From: Kudoa neothunni
Lineage: Eukaryota > Animalia > Cnidaria
Length of the DNA: 64,000 nucleotides
Direction: 5' to 3'
Assembly: GCA_964304625.1 (NCBI GenBank)
Contig: OZ199838.1
Span: 15,179,650 to 15,243,649 of the forward strand
Positions 51,818-64,000 of the stretch are shown piece by piece. The translations under genes were made by a program, and so were the position numbers. Every line of letters begins with the position of its first letter. The first letter of the stretch is position 1. A model generated the notes under the pieces. The model was not told the origin of the DNA, did no database searches, and saw only the letters and a program-made list of their open reading frames with translations.

Positions 51818-52029
51818 AGGCATACTTGCCATTGGTGAATTACTAATACAGTGCCGCCTTGTACACCGACCATAATCCGTTCTAGAAGCGTGTTCGAATT
51901 CCGAATCAATTTTTCCCATAAAAAATAATGAAAATTAGTTTAATCCGTTCCGCTCATCAAATAAATGACTATTTTTATTCTTATTTATTAAAAAATAAGC
52001 ATACCTTCTATTTATAAATTTATAACAAA

Positions 52030-54069
52030 CTAGCGCAAAAGCCCCGCTTTGCGAAGGCTTCCTCGTCCAACCAAATAGGCTAACACCTGGCGCAGACTAA
52101 AGCCTTTTTGATATTTAAGTAAATAGCGCTAATTCCCAGATTTGCCTGGTATTATGTGATGGAAAACTTTAATTTTTAGTTTTAGTTTTGAATGGAGAAA
52201 TTCTACGGAAGGTTTAATCTAATTAGCACGTTAAACTCTGAAAATTTTATTTTTCTGTTTTAATTGATGCATTTTAAATTTGTCATTATTTTTGCAATGT
52301 GATGATTTAGATAAACAAAATTATGTAAGAATTTTCCATTCAAATATAAATGGAGGTATTGAGGGAAATTAATGAGTATTTTTAGGGTTATTTTACAAAT
52401 TATGACCAAAAATATAATGACCTTAATTTTATAAGCAATTAAATTAACGATTAAAGTTCATTTATCCACTAAACAAAATCATCTAGTAACTTAAATAGGA
52501 CTTTTAGTTCTTTTCAAAATTTTGCGGTAAAAATTAATCCTTCTGATTATAAAATGTATTATCAGTCTACAAACGATAAAAAAAAATAAAATCAACCTAA
52601 GATGCGTCAGAAATAAAAATAATAATTGTTCCACCTTTTTTTGAAATTTTATAAAGGATGTGAATGAAGTTTTAATAATCTGTGAGCGGTAACTTACGTA
52701 TTCACAATTTTAACATAATTTCCCGATTTTTTAATAAATGCAACCTTCTTTTAACAAAAATACTTACTGCTTCAAAAATATACAAATTTAATTAACAAAA
52801 TACGATTAAATCTAAAGTGTAAAGATATTTTCGGTTTGACAAATTGCAGTGATGCTTAAATATCAACTGGTTTTCTCAAAGGAATGCACCCTTTTAAAAA
52901 TAAACGTACTTTTTGATTGTCCTAAAAAAATTTCTTTGTATTGAACTATTCTTAAATTAACGAAAACTTTGTGAAAATATGGTTAGATCGAATAGAACAA
53001 TAATTTCTTATTAACTTACATGGCACGTATTAAGAGTGGACTGCATTTTGTGCAAAAATAATCGTAAATATAAATTCTTAAATTACATATAGAACGCGGT
53101 GTCGCATATATTCATGAAACTATTAAATCATAATGAATTAGTTTTAGCGAAAAGAAAATTATATATTGATTTGAATATTAACCTTAAAGCCTGGGGTAAG
53201 GAATAATTAGGTTACTAAGAACTTAAACATTACTTAAAAAATTGTCTCATCAAATATAGAAACTTATCGAATTAGTCATGTCAGCTGCTTTGCAAATAAG
53301 TTTAGGAAAACCAAAAAATGAGTAACAACTTATCGAAAAGACGAATATAGTTTCAATCTCAATCGATATATTTGATAAAAAGAAATGTTCACATCTCAGG
53401 AATTCCAATGGAGCATAATTTTCATTTAAGTTACCATACAAATTTTAATATTTAAAAACTCTACACAAATTTCATGTCGTTTTTAGGATACATATAGAGA
53501 CTCATATTATTCCAACGTGGCAACAACTCTTTATCTCAAATTATGTGTTTTATTTAAAATGATCATAATCTATTTTGATTAACTATATCCATAACGCTCA
53601 AAAAGAGAAAACACATACCAAATAACTTGTTTATGCTTCAAATTTTAAGGGAAATGCGACAACTTTTGTAAATGTGACGTTAATAGTTTTATTTGTCTCA
53701 AAAGTACTCCGAACAGACATATGTAAAATTTTTAGAACATTCTATATCTTAATTAAGAGACTCTTTTTCTACATAATGAGTAAAAGTTCATTTTATTTGG
53801 CTATCAATCAGAAGTAAACAAATATCAATATAATTCAGATAGTTTTTAATCTGCTATTTGTGAAGACAACCAGAAAATTCCTTACTTCGGACTGTGTTAT
53901 TGACTATATTAATACTTCTAAGTGAATGATCGATTTTCGTTAATGGTTTTATGTATTCAAATACAAACTTAAAGCTATATTTAAAGAAAGTTTCTCCATG
54001 GCACATGCGTACTACTGCAAACTGACACACACTGACAGACATAAGAACTTTATTATGTATATAGATAGA
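52030..54069 (-). mobile_element. Non-autonomous Helitron, 2040 bp
   Basis: Minus strand A|TCTATCTATATACATAATAAAG..GTCTGTCAGTGTGTGTC 5' end; 3' hairpin AAGCCTTCGC-AAA-GCGGGGCTT then CTAG|T; inserted between A and T with no TSD, consistent with the empty site in the 15863 copy. Confidence 0.85.
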
Positions 54070-54106
54070 TAAACATTTAATATAATATTAAAAATGAAAT
54101 ATGAGA

Positions 54107-54233
54107 TGTAATACAAGCTCGGAATTGGGATTCGAAAATGCGTTATTAACATTAAAATCGGTGGTGCCGTCCCGCTCTGCTCTCGATCGCGCATATGATT
54201 GGTAGATTACAATCCTTTAATCCGCATGTTACA
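54107..54233 (-). mobile_element. 127-bp solo-LTR-like element containing a tRNA-like cassette (second copy)
   Basis: TGTAA...TTACA termini; flanks TGAGA/TAAGT (3 of 5 match, decayed TSD); alignable end to end with 48070-48198; absent from the empty MITE copy at 15863. Confidence 0.75.
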
Positions 54234-55538
54234 TAAGTATTTTTGGTCGTCGTACGATACATAATAAAGGTTTTTCTTTCGATGACGTTCGCACTATTTG
54301 ATTGAGCAAATCTCCTTCTAGAATTTCTTTTCTGTTTTTTTCTTCAACTGGGTTTGTTCTGAATACCCTATGTATGTGTTTGAACTCAAAAATATTTTAA
54401 TTTGAAATCAAGTATTACGCCAAGTATAAAAACATCTATTTGAATATTTCTCGTAATAAAATCAACAACGACTATAATTCCATTTTTTGTAAATATGCGA
54501 TGAATTCTTACTTGTGAAATACTATTTTGCAATTATTTAATGTTTCAAAGAATAAGACTAAAAAAATCGAACAAATTTAACAAATTTGTCCGAAATTGGA
54601 CATCATTAGCAAAACTGATAATGAGATCCCCAAGCAATCATTTATTTTTGATACCTAGATAATTTGAATTTAATTCAAATACATATAGTGTGGATTCCAT
54701 CTGAGTATTATTGACAAATAATTTACTTCAGTAAATAGATTAAAGAATAGATGGGAATAAAACATTAAATTACGCAATATCGAGACTTTACTGCATGTAA
54801 AATCGATCATGATGCATTTTGAGCAACTTTTTGAGGTCCCCACGAGATTACGGGACATCGGACTTCAACTACCTATTGTATAATAATCAAGTGTAATTGT
54901 GATTTATTGGTAGTTCAAGAAACCGAGGGGAAATTTAAAGATATACACTCGATTTTAAATATACGTCATAGATGCTATACTCGTTCTTCTGAAATATTTG
55001 AGTTGGAAAATTCAACTTCTAATTAAACAAATTCATGTGCTTGATTTTTTATAGCTACTTTGGGCGTATAATCCCCAATGACCTGAGTTTTATGATAGTT
55101 AACTGCTATAATTATTCGTGCGGATTAAATATTACTTAAAAGTTCCTAATATGCCTTATAGAAATAATTATGGGTATTGTAAAAATTTTTAATCGTTGGT
55201 TCATCGTGGCAATCTTATTCGGTGCAATGATATTCATGTTTGGCGTAGCTCCTCTAAAAACATTTTTGGGGTCCTAGAAATTATAAAGGAGAAAAGTAAA
55301 ATGGGTTTACCCTATTAAGTTATTCAACCTGAATAAAAGTAAATAATTTACAGATATGATGTTTCAATGAATTTCATAGAGCTGCTAAATTTTATTATCA
55401 TGTAATGAGTTTCTACGCTCACTCTATTTTACTTAAAATGCTCATGTCCTTCATTTCTGCAAACAGATAGCTTTTATGGACTCAATAAAAATATCATAAG
55501 AGCTTATAAAATAAAATTATTTCTAACAAGATAAATAA

Positions 55539-57218
55539 TTATCTGCGATTAATTACTATAATTGGAGGACAATATTTTCGAAGGGTCACAAATCATAGGC
55601 CTTTTCTTTACGTTTTATCGCCACATACTTAAATGTTAATGTCGCCGCGGCGCTCATCGCAATAACGAGTAGACATGCTAAAACAATGCAAGCAATAACA
55701 CTTGCCATGTATGCTTCCTTGCTAGGACTTATATCACTTGTAGTGGTCACTAAATTAATTCATTAAAATGTTGATCTAAATGTATTGACAATAAACATAA
55801 ACTACCCGAACTAGATGTTTCTGAAACGCTAGTAGTATCACTCGTTATAAGAGAAGGTACAGTTATTGAGGTAGGAATTTCTTCGGTTGTAATGGGAGAA
55901 GGTACAGTTATTGAGGTAGGAATTTCTTCGGTTGTAATGGGAGAAGGTACAGTTATTGAGGTAGGAATTTCTTCGGTTGTAATGGGAGAAGGTACAGTTA
56001 TTGAGGTAGGAATTTCTTCGGTTGTAATGGGAGAAGGTACAGTTATTGAGGTAGGAATTTCTTCGGTTGTAATGGGAGAAGGTACAGTTATTGAGGTAGG
56101 AATTTCTTCGGTTGTAATGGGAGAAGGTACAGTTATTGAGGTAGGAATTTCTTCGGTTGTAATGGGAGAAGGTACAGTTATTGAGGTAGGAATTTCTTCG
56201 GTTGTAATGGGAGAAGGTACAGTTATTGAGGTAGGAATTTCTTCGGTTGTAATGGGAGAAGGTACAGTTGCTGAGGTAGGAATTTCTTCGGTTGTAATGG
56301 GAGAAGGTACAGTTGTTGAGGTAGGAATTTCTTCGGTTGTAATGGGAGAAGGTACAGTTGCTGAGGTAGGAATTTCTTCGGTTGTAATGGGAGAAGGTAC
56401 AGTTGCTGAGGTAGGAACTTCTTCGGTTGTAATGGGAGAAGGTATAGTTGTTGAGGTAGGAATTTCTTCGGTTGTAATGGGAGAAGGTACAGTTGTTGAG
56501 GTAGGAATTTCTTCGGTTGTAATGGGAGAAGCTACAGTTGTTGAGGTAGGAATTTCTTCGGTTGTAATGGGAGAAGGTATAGTTGTTGAGGTAGGAATTT
56601 CTTCGGTTGTAATGGGAGAAGGTATAGTTGTTGAGGTAGGAATTTCTTCGGTTGTAATGGGAGAAGGTACAGTTGTTGAGGTAGGAATTTCTTCGGTTGT
56701 AATGGGAGAAGCTACAGTTGTTGAGGTAGGAATTTCTTCGGTTGTAATGGGAGAAGGTACAGTTATTGAGGTAGGAATTTCTTCGGTTGTAATGGGAGAA
56801 GGTATAGTTGTTGAGGTAGGAATTTCTTCGGTTGTAATGGGAGAAGGTACAGTTGTTGAGGTAGGAATTTCTTCGGTTGTAATGGGAGAAGGTACAGTTG
56901 CTGAGGTAGGAATTTCTTCGGTTGTAATGGGAGAAGGTACAGTTGTTGAGGTAGGAATTTCTTCGGTTGTAATGGGAGAAGGTATAGTTGTTGAGGTAGG
57001 AATTTCTTCGGTTGTAATGGGAGAAGGTACAGTTGCTGAGGTAGGAATTTCTTCGGTTGTAATGGGAGAAGGTACAGTTGTTGAGGTAGGAATTTCTTCG
57101 GTTGTAGTGGGAGAAGATACATCTCTACCTTGATAAGGTACATAGACTGTAGCTCCGCGACGTGGAGGTCTAGAGATAGAAGGTTTACTTTCGGTGACAT
57201 CATTAGTAGAGTCATCAC
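55539..57218 (-). CDS. Type-I membrane mucin-like protein (3' exons; 5' exons not located)
   Basis: Acceptor AG at 57219-57220; frame ..RDVSS(PITTEEIPTSxTVPS)x28..SETSSS, intron about 55750-55805, then VTTTSDISPSKEAY, TM helix MASVIACIVLACLLVIAMSAAATLTF and a basic stop-transfer segment; TAA at 55539-55541. Confidence 0.8.
55851..57120. repeat. Coding minisatellite, 45-bp unit x28
   Basis: Unit GAGAAGGTACAGTTATTGAGGTAGGAATTTCTTCGGTTGTAATGG; the first nine units on the + strand are identical and the rest are a mosaic of a few variants. Confidence 0.98.
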
Positions 57219-57367
57219 CTAAAAATCAAATTCAACATTCAAAACTAAGGAAAACGGGTCATTTTTAAAATTTATTATATTAGTTATCGTAATTATTGAT
57301 CCTTCAAACGAAGGGGAAATGTTAAGACAACAATTGGTTATAGAAAAAATAAATATTTTTTAATTAA

Positions 57368-59389
57368 CCCTCCAAGTAAATTGGGGTCCATTTGGACCCC
57401 AAACGAGATCGCCATCCTGTTTTCTCAACCATTATATAATAATTAGAATCAAAATTTCTATTCTCATAAAACACGTTTATCTTTAGAGAAATAAATTTAT
57501 TAGAATTTTCATGTCGTAACAAATTTTTAACGAAAATATCTTCAGAGTATAATTGAGGTCCAAATGGACCCCAAAATTTTTGTTGATATTTTAAAAATAT
57601 ATAATTATTTATATTAATTTTTAAATAGAAATTGAATTAAAACTTATTTTACATATCAAAGCCCAAAAATAATTTTGCGCCTCACACGCGCCCATGTGCA
57701 AGTTTCTATTGTGTAAGCATGGATTTCTTTTTGAAAAGTAGCGAGGATAGTATTGACACTAATGAAAATGAAACACCCGACTTAGTGTACTTGAAGGAGA
57801 CTATCGGCAATGAGAGTGATGAAAATGATGATTCGGTTGCAGACGAAAACAACAATTTGTGGAGTGCAATCAAACACAAGAAAACCATGGTGGGGTGGCG
57901 GCAAAAAATAAAATGAATTTTCTTCAAGATGTGACTATGTATGCCCCACCATGGATCTTTAGTATTGCAGGATATTTTCATCATTTCTTCCCAGTAGAAA
58001 TAGTGGAACGAACAATTAAATATACTAATCAGTGCGATAAGAATCATTATGGAAATAACTGGAGGATGTTTATGTTGATGAAATGCATGGTTTTATTGGC
58101 TGTTTATTGTACATAACTGTCCATAAGGATAACCAAGAGCCTATAACTGAAATGTCTAGTTGTGAAGAAGGTAGGAAGATATACAAAAAATTTTTTTCCT
58201 CGTACAGACTCAAGCAACTAACAAGAGCGATCTGCTTTGATAATGCAGAAACTACGGAGGAATGACAGCTAAATGATAAATTTTCCCCAATTAGAGAAAT
58301 ATGGGACAATTAGGTTAATGTGACGAACAAAAATTATAACCACGGAGAAAATATATGTCGTGATGAGCAATTTGGTTTCTTTCAAAGGAAATTGATCTTT
58401 TAGACCAGAGGTCGGCAACGAGCGGCCTGCGGACCAAATTTGACCCGGGAGCTTTCCTCATCTGGCCCGCAAGGGGTGTAATTGAAAAGTTAATTTTTTG
58501 ACGGTGCTTGTATAATTTCCCCAATTTTTAATGTCGATCTCTTCAGCATATAAATATGCTTAATAGCAATGTGAACTATGTTACTTAAGTATTATTCCCT
58601 TTTTCTAAATATAAAAGTGCTTAAAAAAATAATGATTAAAATTTCCCCCAAACAAATTCCTTACTTATTTTTACTAATTGTACGATATTAGTTTTATTGT
58701 AGCTAATGGGAACGTTTAATTATTGTTCTATGCCATTTAGAACCATAATTTGAATATATAAACGTTTAAATTCTGCATCAAAAATATCAGGTAAATTATA
58801 AAATAAAAAATTGTATAAAACCAGTAATTCCCTCATAAAAATGTCGAACTTATACGTTCGTTATATTTCTTTTTCTCGTTAAAATAAAAATGTATCCTTT
58901 GAAATTTCAAAACATAAGTTTACTAATCACATTTTCAATTGTATTTTGAAGAATTCACTACATCTACAGGATTTAAATATGTTCAGGCCTGCCTCCTAGT
59001 TTAGCATGACTATCCGGCCAGACTACCTAAAGGGTTGCCGACTCCTGTTTTAGACACTATATAAAATGTAAGCCAGAAAAATATAGCTTAAAATTGTTCC
59101 TTCGGGTAGATCCAGCATCTATATTATGTGTTTGTGGAGTTACTAACGAATCCCAATATCAGCCTTCTTAAAATAATCAATCGTACTATTTATATATGAA
59201 CATTGCACAGAGGCGCATGTGTTCGAAAAAACAAAACGGAACATTATTAACGGAAAAAACATTTCCTGAAATTATAATTTTGTAGATTGATAGAAAACAC
59301 AATTATTAAACGCAATCATAAACAAAATTCTGTGGTTTAAATGGACCCAGTTATACTCCGAGGGGCCTGATTAATTATTACTTAGAAGG
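57368..59389 (+). mobile_element. piggyBac, 3'-deleted, lying in an intron of the mucin gene
   Basis: TTAA on both sides; TIR CCCTCCAAGTAA / CCTTCTAAGTAA; GGGGTC-N5-GACCCC at 57383; relic DEQFGFFQ/FKG..FR|HYIKCKPEKYSLKLF split by a hAT insertion. Confidence 0.9.
58406..59047. mobile_element. hAT (Buster/Charlie-type) MITE nested in piggyBac
   Basis: Perfect 8-bp TSD TTTTAGAC (58398-58405 / 59048-59055); TIR CAGAGGTCGGCAAC / CAGGAGTCGGCAAC. Confidence 0.93.
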
Positions 59390-59865
59390 TTAAAATACTT
59401 ATGACAACCTAAATTATTTTAGTTATTTTTGGAAATATTTTGAATAGTTTAAGTCAGAAAAATATACAGATGATTCGCTTGGTAAACATTTCCGCAACTT
59501 TCGTTGCTGTTTATAACGCCGTAAAATTGTCTAGCGTGAAATAGGTCTCCCTAATCCTGCTACTGCAAAACGCTCATTCGAATCTTATTAGAAACAAACC
59601 TTAAATTTATTGGATATGCGACTTGTTCAATAACCCCTAAGTAGTTTATATATATGAGTTAATAAAATTAAGGTGTGAGTGGAAGAGTTGAACGGTTAGC
59701 ACCAAATCTCCCAATATATATAGAAGTTGACATTTTTTATAAAAATATAGTTTTTATCGATTAAAGGTATTATTTAATTTGATAATGAACAGCTATATAT
59801 TACGGAAACATCCCCTACTCTATTAAATCACAATTAAATAGCTTCTAGACTGTTTATTTTTACAG

Positions 59866-62660
59866 GAATTAAGAAACTTGGACTAAAATATTTATATAAA
59901 TATATATGATGTTTGAGGTAGTTAAACAACGAAACGAATTATTTTCACGCCAAGGAAGGAATAGTTGATAAAACGTTTTCATTTTATCTACAAAATATGG
60001 CATTAATAAATAATTTAAACAATTATGGAAATGAAATTGATGTATTCGGTCTTTTTAAATGGTGTAATGAGTTTACTAAACTACGAAACTAATTTAGGTG
60101 GACTCACATGGCGGCAGTTCCACTAATTGACCAACTATATTAAATGGAGAGATTAATTATGATTTTACTTCACTATAATTGATGATATTTGTAATAATTT
60201 CTTATAATTACTTTTATTAATAAAAATTTATTATATGACAAGTTTTATTACTTAAAATGCGCTCCGCGCATTAATTAACCATGTTTATTCTGTATGCTTA
60301 TGCGGAGACATATTTAGTATATTATTTATTAAAATTAAATTCTTGCGAAAATTTATTACATTATGAACTTTAATGAAAATATTCGGTAGAGGTTTTAATA
60401 AGTACATAATACTGGTCCGATCTCCAAACTTTGATTGAGGATAAATTTCTAATACTTTTATTTAGCATTTTAAGATTAAAGTTTAATTTAAGCGGAAATT
60501 AAACTTCTATTTTATTAGAGTAAGGTCTCGATATGGCGAGGTTCGATATAGGGCAGTCGACATTTTTTTCAAATTTCTGTAATCAATATTGCAACCTTTT
60601 CGATGTATATTGTCTTCTACTCTAGCGTTATACCCAAAAATACGAAATAATATTTAAAAAATGTCTTTTTGTAAAATTCAGGGTCTTGTCATTGGGCAGT
60701 GGCTATTTCCAATTTTAATCCGATTAATCCACTAAATTACACATTCGAACGTTCGGTATTGCGAAAGGAAAAAGAAACTTTGGTAAAAAATTGGAACTAT
60801 TTAATATTATGATTCATTTACTTTAATTTGAGATGTCAAAAAATTACTCTATAGCGCCACAGAATATCATGAATTCTGTTATTGTGAGTTTTATTCAAAT
60901 TAAATCTAATTATTCTTTTTTGATTAGAATTTTATCTAATAACTCTGATATAGTTAACTCCAATGTTGTTTCTCTCAGTAAAGGAATTATAAATAGAAAC
61001 TACATCCAACTTCAAATTGCGTTATATGGCCGGATTGTGTCGGAACATCAAAATAGACAAATATTCTAGAGTTTTTATCACCGAGAAGGCAAAACTTTTT
61101 GCTGATGCTCTTATATCACTGGTTTAAGTATAACAAAAGGTTTCCTTAAAAATTTTAAGATTCGCTGTTGTTTAAAAATTCACTCTTCGCGGAGGAGAGA
61201 AAATTGATGACAAATCGTTAATGATTAAGTAATCAAATTTTATAAAGTAAAAAGTAGATATGAAAAATAAAACATCAAATCTCGGTGAGACCGCTCTTTC
61301 CTAAGAACAATGCACTCAACGAACATATGATATAAATAGAGCGCGTAATTTTCGACGTTAATAATTACAAAAATTTTCGATTGGAATCGACGGTTTCACA
61401 TAAAAGGGATTGGTGCAACCATTTGGAGGTTTGTTGAAAAGTATGCACATCTAATGTAAAAATTAATCAATGAATTATATTTTTTTGAAACTGAATGCTC
61501 CTTTATTCTATTCTGTTCTGGTGGCTGGTTAACTTTGCAGTATTTGCACACCAAAATATTTTCAATTATTTCAACAAACGATCATTCATCCAAAAAACCA
61601 ATCAATGGTCTTTTTCTCGCCATATGTTTAATGTCGTGAAAATCGGTAAATTTCAAAGAAAGTAAACGTCGAATTGGATCGAAAATTACATGTTATAGAT
61701 TAAAGGAGTTGAATTAAAAAGAAATTAAACAATCAAACAACCTGTAATAGAATTATAGAGCGCTCAATTTATGGGGATAAAATATCCACGTAGTGTCATT
61801 GGTAAATTTAAAGAGACACCCCGTTTTAAAAGAATTTATGAATTTTCTGTTAAATATTAACGATCAAAAAATGGTTGGATGTCTTCAACTATCTTCTTGA
61901 TATTTTAAGAACTCTTGATCAAAAGTTCGCGAAAGATAAAGACTAGTTCGTATAGTATTGGATCGATGTCTCTTACATCTTTAAGTCAATAATACAAACT
62001 GGATAAGTCATTTTTTCATTAAAACATAAAAAGATTATTATAATGGCGACCACGCGAAATCTCGATATTGGGCAGTTAAAGTTCAGGTCCTGATTTAATA
62101 CGCAATATCGAGACCTTAATGTATATGGGTTGTTCATAGGATGAGTGACTTTAAGCGGAAAAACGAATAATAAATTTTGAACTTTTAGTTTAAATATTTG
62201 TAAAGATTTTTCACTAAGCAAATCGTTGAAGGGTATTTATAGAAAGGAAAATGATAAGAAAACAATAATCTTTTTAATTTCTACTAATATTTATCAATTG
62301 ACAAAATTGCATTCCACTTACTGCAAATTTATAATTATAATTAAAAAAATTAAAACGTACTTTATCTATTAAGATAATAAAACAGGGATTCATTAGATGC
62401 AAATGATGTTATCTAGTTAATATGTGAGCAGTAAATTATAGGTTCTCTAGGCTAAGCAAAAGATTCTGGCAACATACAAATAAGATATATTTAATTAATG
62501 AATGTACCTTTGGTGTTTTCACACATGTGAGATAAAATTATGAAAATTATTTCCCATTCATCATAAAAGAATTATTCGATTTATTAAAAAAATTAAGTGC
62601 TTTAAATCTTATATCGATAGCTGAGATCGACTAGTTTATTCTTGTTGAATAATCTCTTTC
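59866..62660 (+). pseudogene. Possible decayed multi-exon gene (weak resemblance to GH89 alpha-N-acetylglucosaminidase)
   Basis: Splice-bounded, coding-like segments (GSCHWAVAISNFNP; ETTSNFKLRYMAGLCRNI; IKGIGATIWRFVEK; FLLNINDQ; SLDANDVI*LI; RFWQHTNK) interrupted by stops; identity is an eye-level guess. Confidence 0.25.
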
Positions 62661-62779
62661 GTATTTGAGATATCGAAAATTTAATATGGAAAGCATATTT
62701 TATTCTTTACAAAAAATATTTTGTAATTGTCTGATTGGACATAAAAAAGGTTATATATTTATACCGGAAACCATTAGAG

Positions 62780-63456
62780 CAGTGTTTTCCAACTTTTTTT
62801 CTATCGCGTCCCGCTTTTTCTCGAAAAAAATATGTCCCACCCCTTTTAAACGTATTGAGTTTTTTACTTAAACGGTTGATAATCTTGTATAAAGCTCTCT
62901 ATCACATTAAAATTTTAGTACAATTAATAGATATTTCTTTTCTCATTAAAGTTAAAATGTGATCGATTAGATCTAACTTAATTTATCGATGGACCTTACA
63001 AATTAAACTCTAGTTCTTCATTCCATTGAAAACGGAATCAAATCAAATTAGTGGTAATCCAACCTTCGTTAGGAAAAACTTTCGTGTTTAGGGAGCTAAC
63101 GAACAGAAAATAAATAATGTAAATACAAAATTAATCAACATTATATTAGATTTAATCAAAAAATGGGATATACGATTCTAAATGAAATAAGATTGAGATT
63201 CAAATCATTCTGATTCTACATGGATGGGCACGTTAAATATTATTATTTATAATTTTTATATAATTAGTCATTGTTTTTTTATGATGTTATCCATCACTTA
63301 AAATAATCTATATCGAAAAAGGCGATGTTAACTTAAAAGTCCGTCATCCTTCCCAATTATCTCATCATTATCCGTGTCACACCAGAGCGGTTTTTTAAAC
63401 GTTCAATAATTTTTGTCTCACCAAAATTCTTCAACGCCGCACGTTGGGAAACGCTG
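62780..63456. mobile_element. hAT (Buster/Charlie-type) MITE
   Basis: Perfect 8-bp TSD CATTAGAG (62772-62779 / 63457-63464); TIR CAGTGTTTTCCAAC / CAGCGTTTCCCAAC. Confidence 0.93.
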
Positions 63457-63770
63457 CATTAGAGTATTATCGAACGAAAACCCGAACCTGGATTGTTTAT
63501 ATCAACGAGTAGACACTATATTAGCACTCTAGATGCAATTATAGGCTGCTGCAAAAGTCAACCGATATGTGAGAGGAACTAAACTTAAGGACAATTATTT
63601 TTCACCAATAGATTATTTATTAAAACAATAAAATATATAAAATATTTCTCTGTTCTTCATCTTATACAAATGCTAAAGTATTAAACGGTATACATCTGTA
63701 TCTATAGTGCTAGTCAATAAATTTTATAATAATAGAACTCTGTAATGATATAATAGTTCCTTTTAATTGA

Positions 63771-63850
63771 ATATATATATCTATATATATATCTATATAT
63801 ATATATATATCTATATATATATATATATCTATATATATATATATATATAT
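63771..63850. repeat. Compound (TA)n microsatellite with periodic C interruptions
   Basis: Direct reading of the sequence. Confidence 0.95.
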
Positions 63851-64000
63851 GCAAACCCAAATGGAATTCAAATATTTTCAATGTTTGTCGTTGAATCAGG
63901 CTGAAATTTGTAAAGAAAATTCCATTAGGGTATTCCATTAAGCAACATGTAATAAAATTTCAAATTGAAACGTTATTCTATAAACATTATTTAAGAAGCG

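Larger units (their letters stand above)
51849..54425. mobile_element. Tigger/pogo-type MITE interrupted by a Helitron and a mini-LTR
   Basis: TA|CAGTGCCGCCT..CGACCATAATCCGTTC start; collinear with the copy at 15863 once 52030-54069 and 54107-54233 are removed. Right boundary approximate. Confidence 0.75.

Noticed and set aside
55851-57120. CRISPR-like array
   Set aside because: Head-to-tail 45-bp units with no unique spacers, in a eukaryotic context.
55892-57133. 413-aa + strand ORF (MGEGTVIEVGISSVV)n and the 151-aa minus ORF 56763-57218
   Set aside because: Antisense and off-frame shadows of the mucin repeat; only the PTS-rich frame has splice sites leading to a TM exon.

Overview
Eukaryotic, strongly AT-rich window with very short GT-AG introns (mostly about 30-70 bp) and highly divergent proteins. 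Anillin indicates an opisthokont/animal, and the compact, fast-evolving style suggests a reduced parasite such as a myxozoan (inference only). Six spliced host genes were assembled by eye, most of them missed or misframed by the ORF track: POLR3E/RPC5 (1983-2960, +, only about 204 aa), CDC23/APC8 (8672-11265, +), an orphan signal-peptide protein ending in VDEL (14780-15423, +), mitochondrial acyl carrier protein (17395-17953, -, apparent 1-nt frameshift), anillin (about 22921-28329, +) and a type-I membrane mucin with 28 x 45-bp repeats (55539-57218+, -). The rest is a DNA-transposon graveyard: six TTAA-bounded piggyBac elements plus fragments, Merlin, pogo/Tigger, IS630-Tc1, Mutator, hAT MITEs and a Helitron; no transposase is intact. 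The most interesting observations are (i) a family of about 128-bp TGTAAC...GTTACA solo-LTR-like elements with 5-bp TSDs that consist of a hairpin plus a tRNA-like Pol III cassette, (ii) a 78-bp piggyBac made only of fused left and right ends, (iii) a Tigger MITE carrying both a Helitron and one of the mini-LTRs, resolved by an empty copy in the same window, and (iv) RPC5 truncated to a yeast-Rpc37-like core. All alignments and family calls were made by eye from remembered motifs, without tools.
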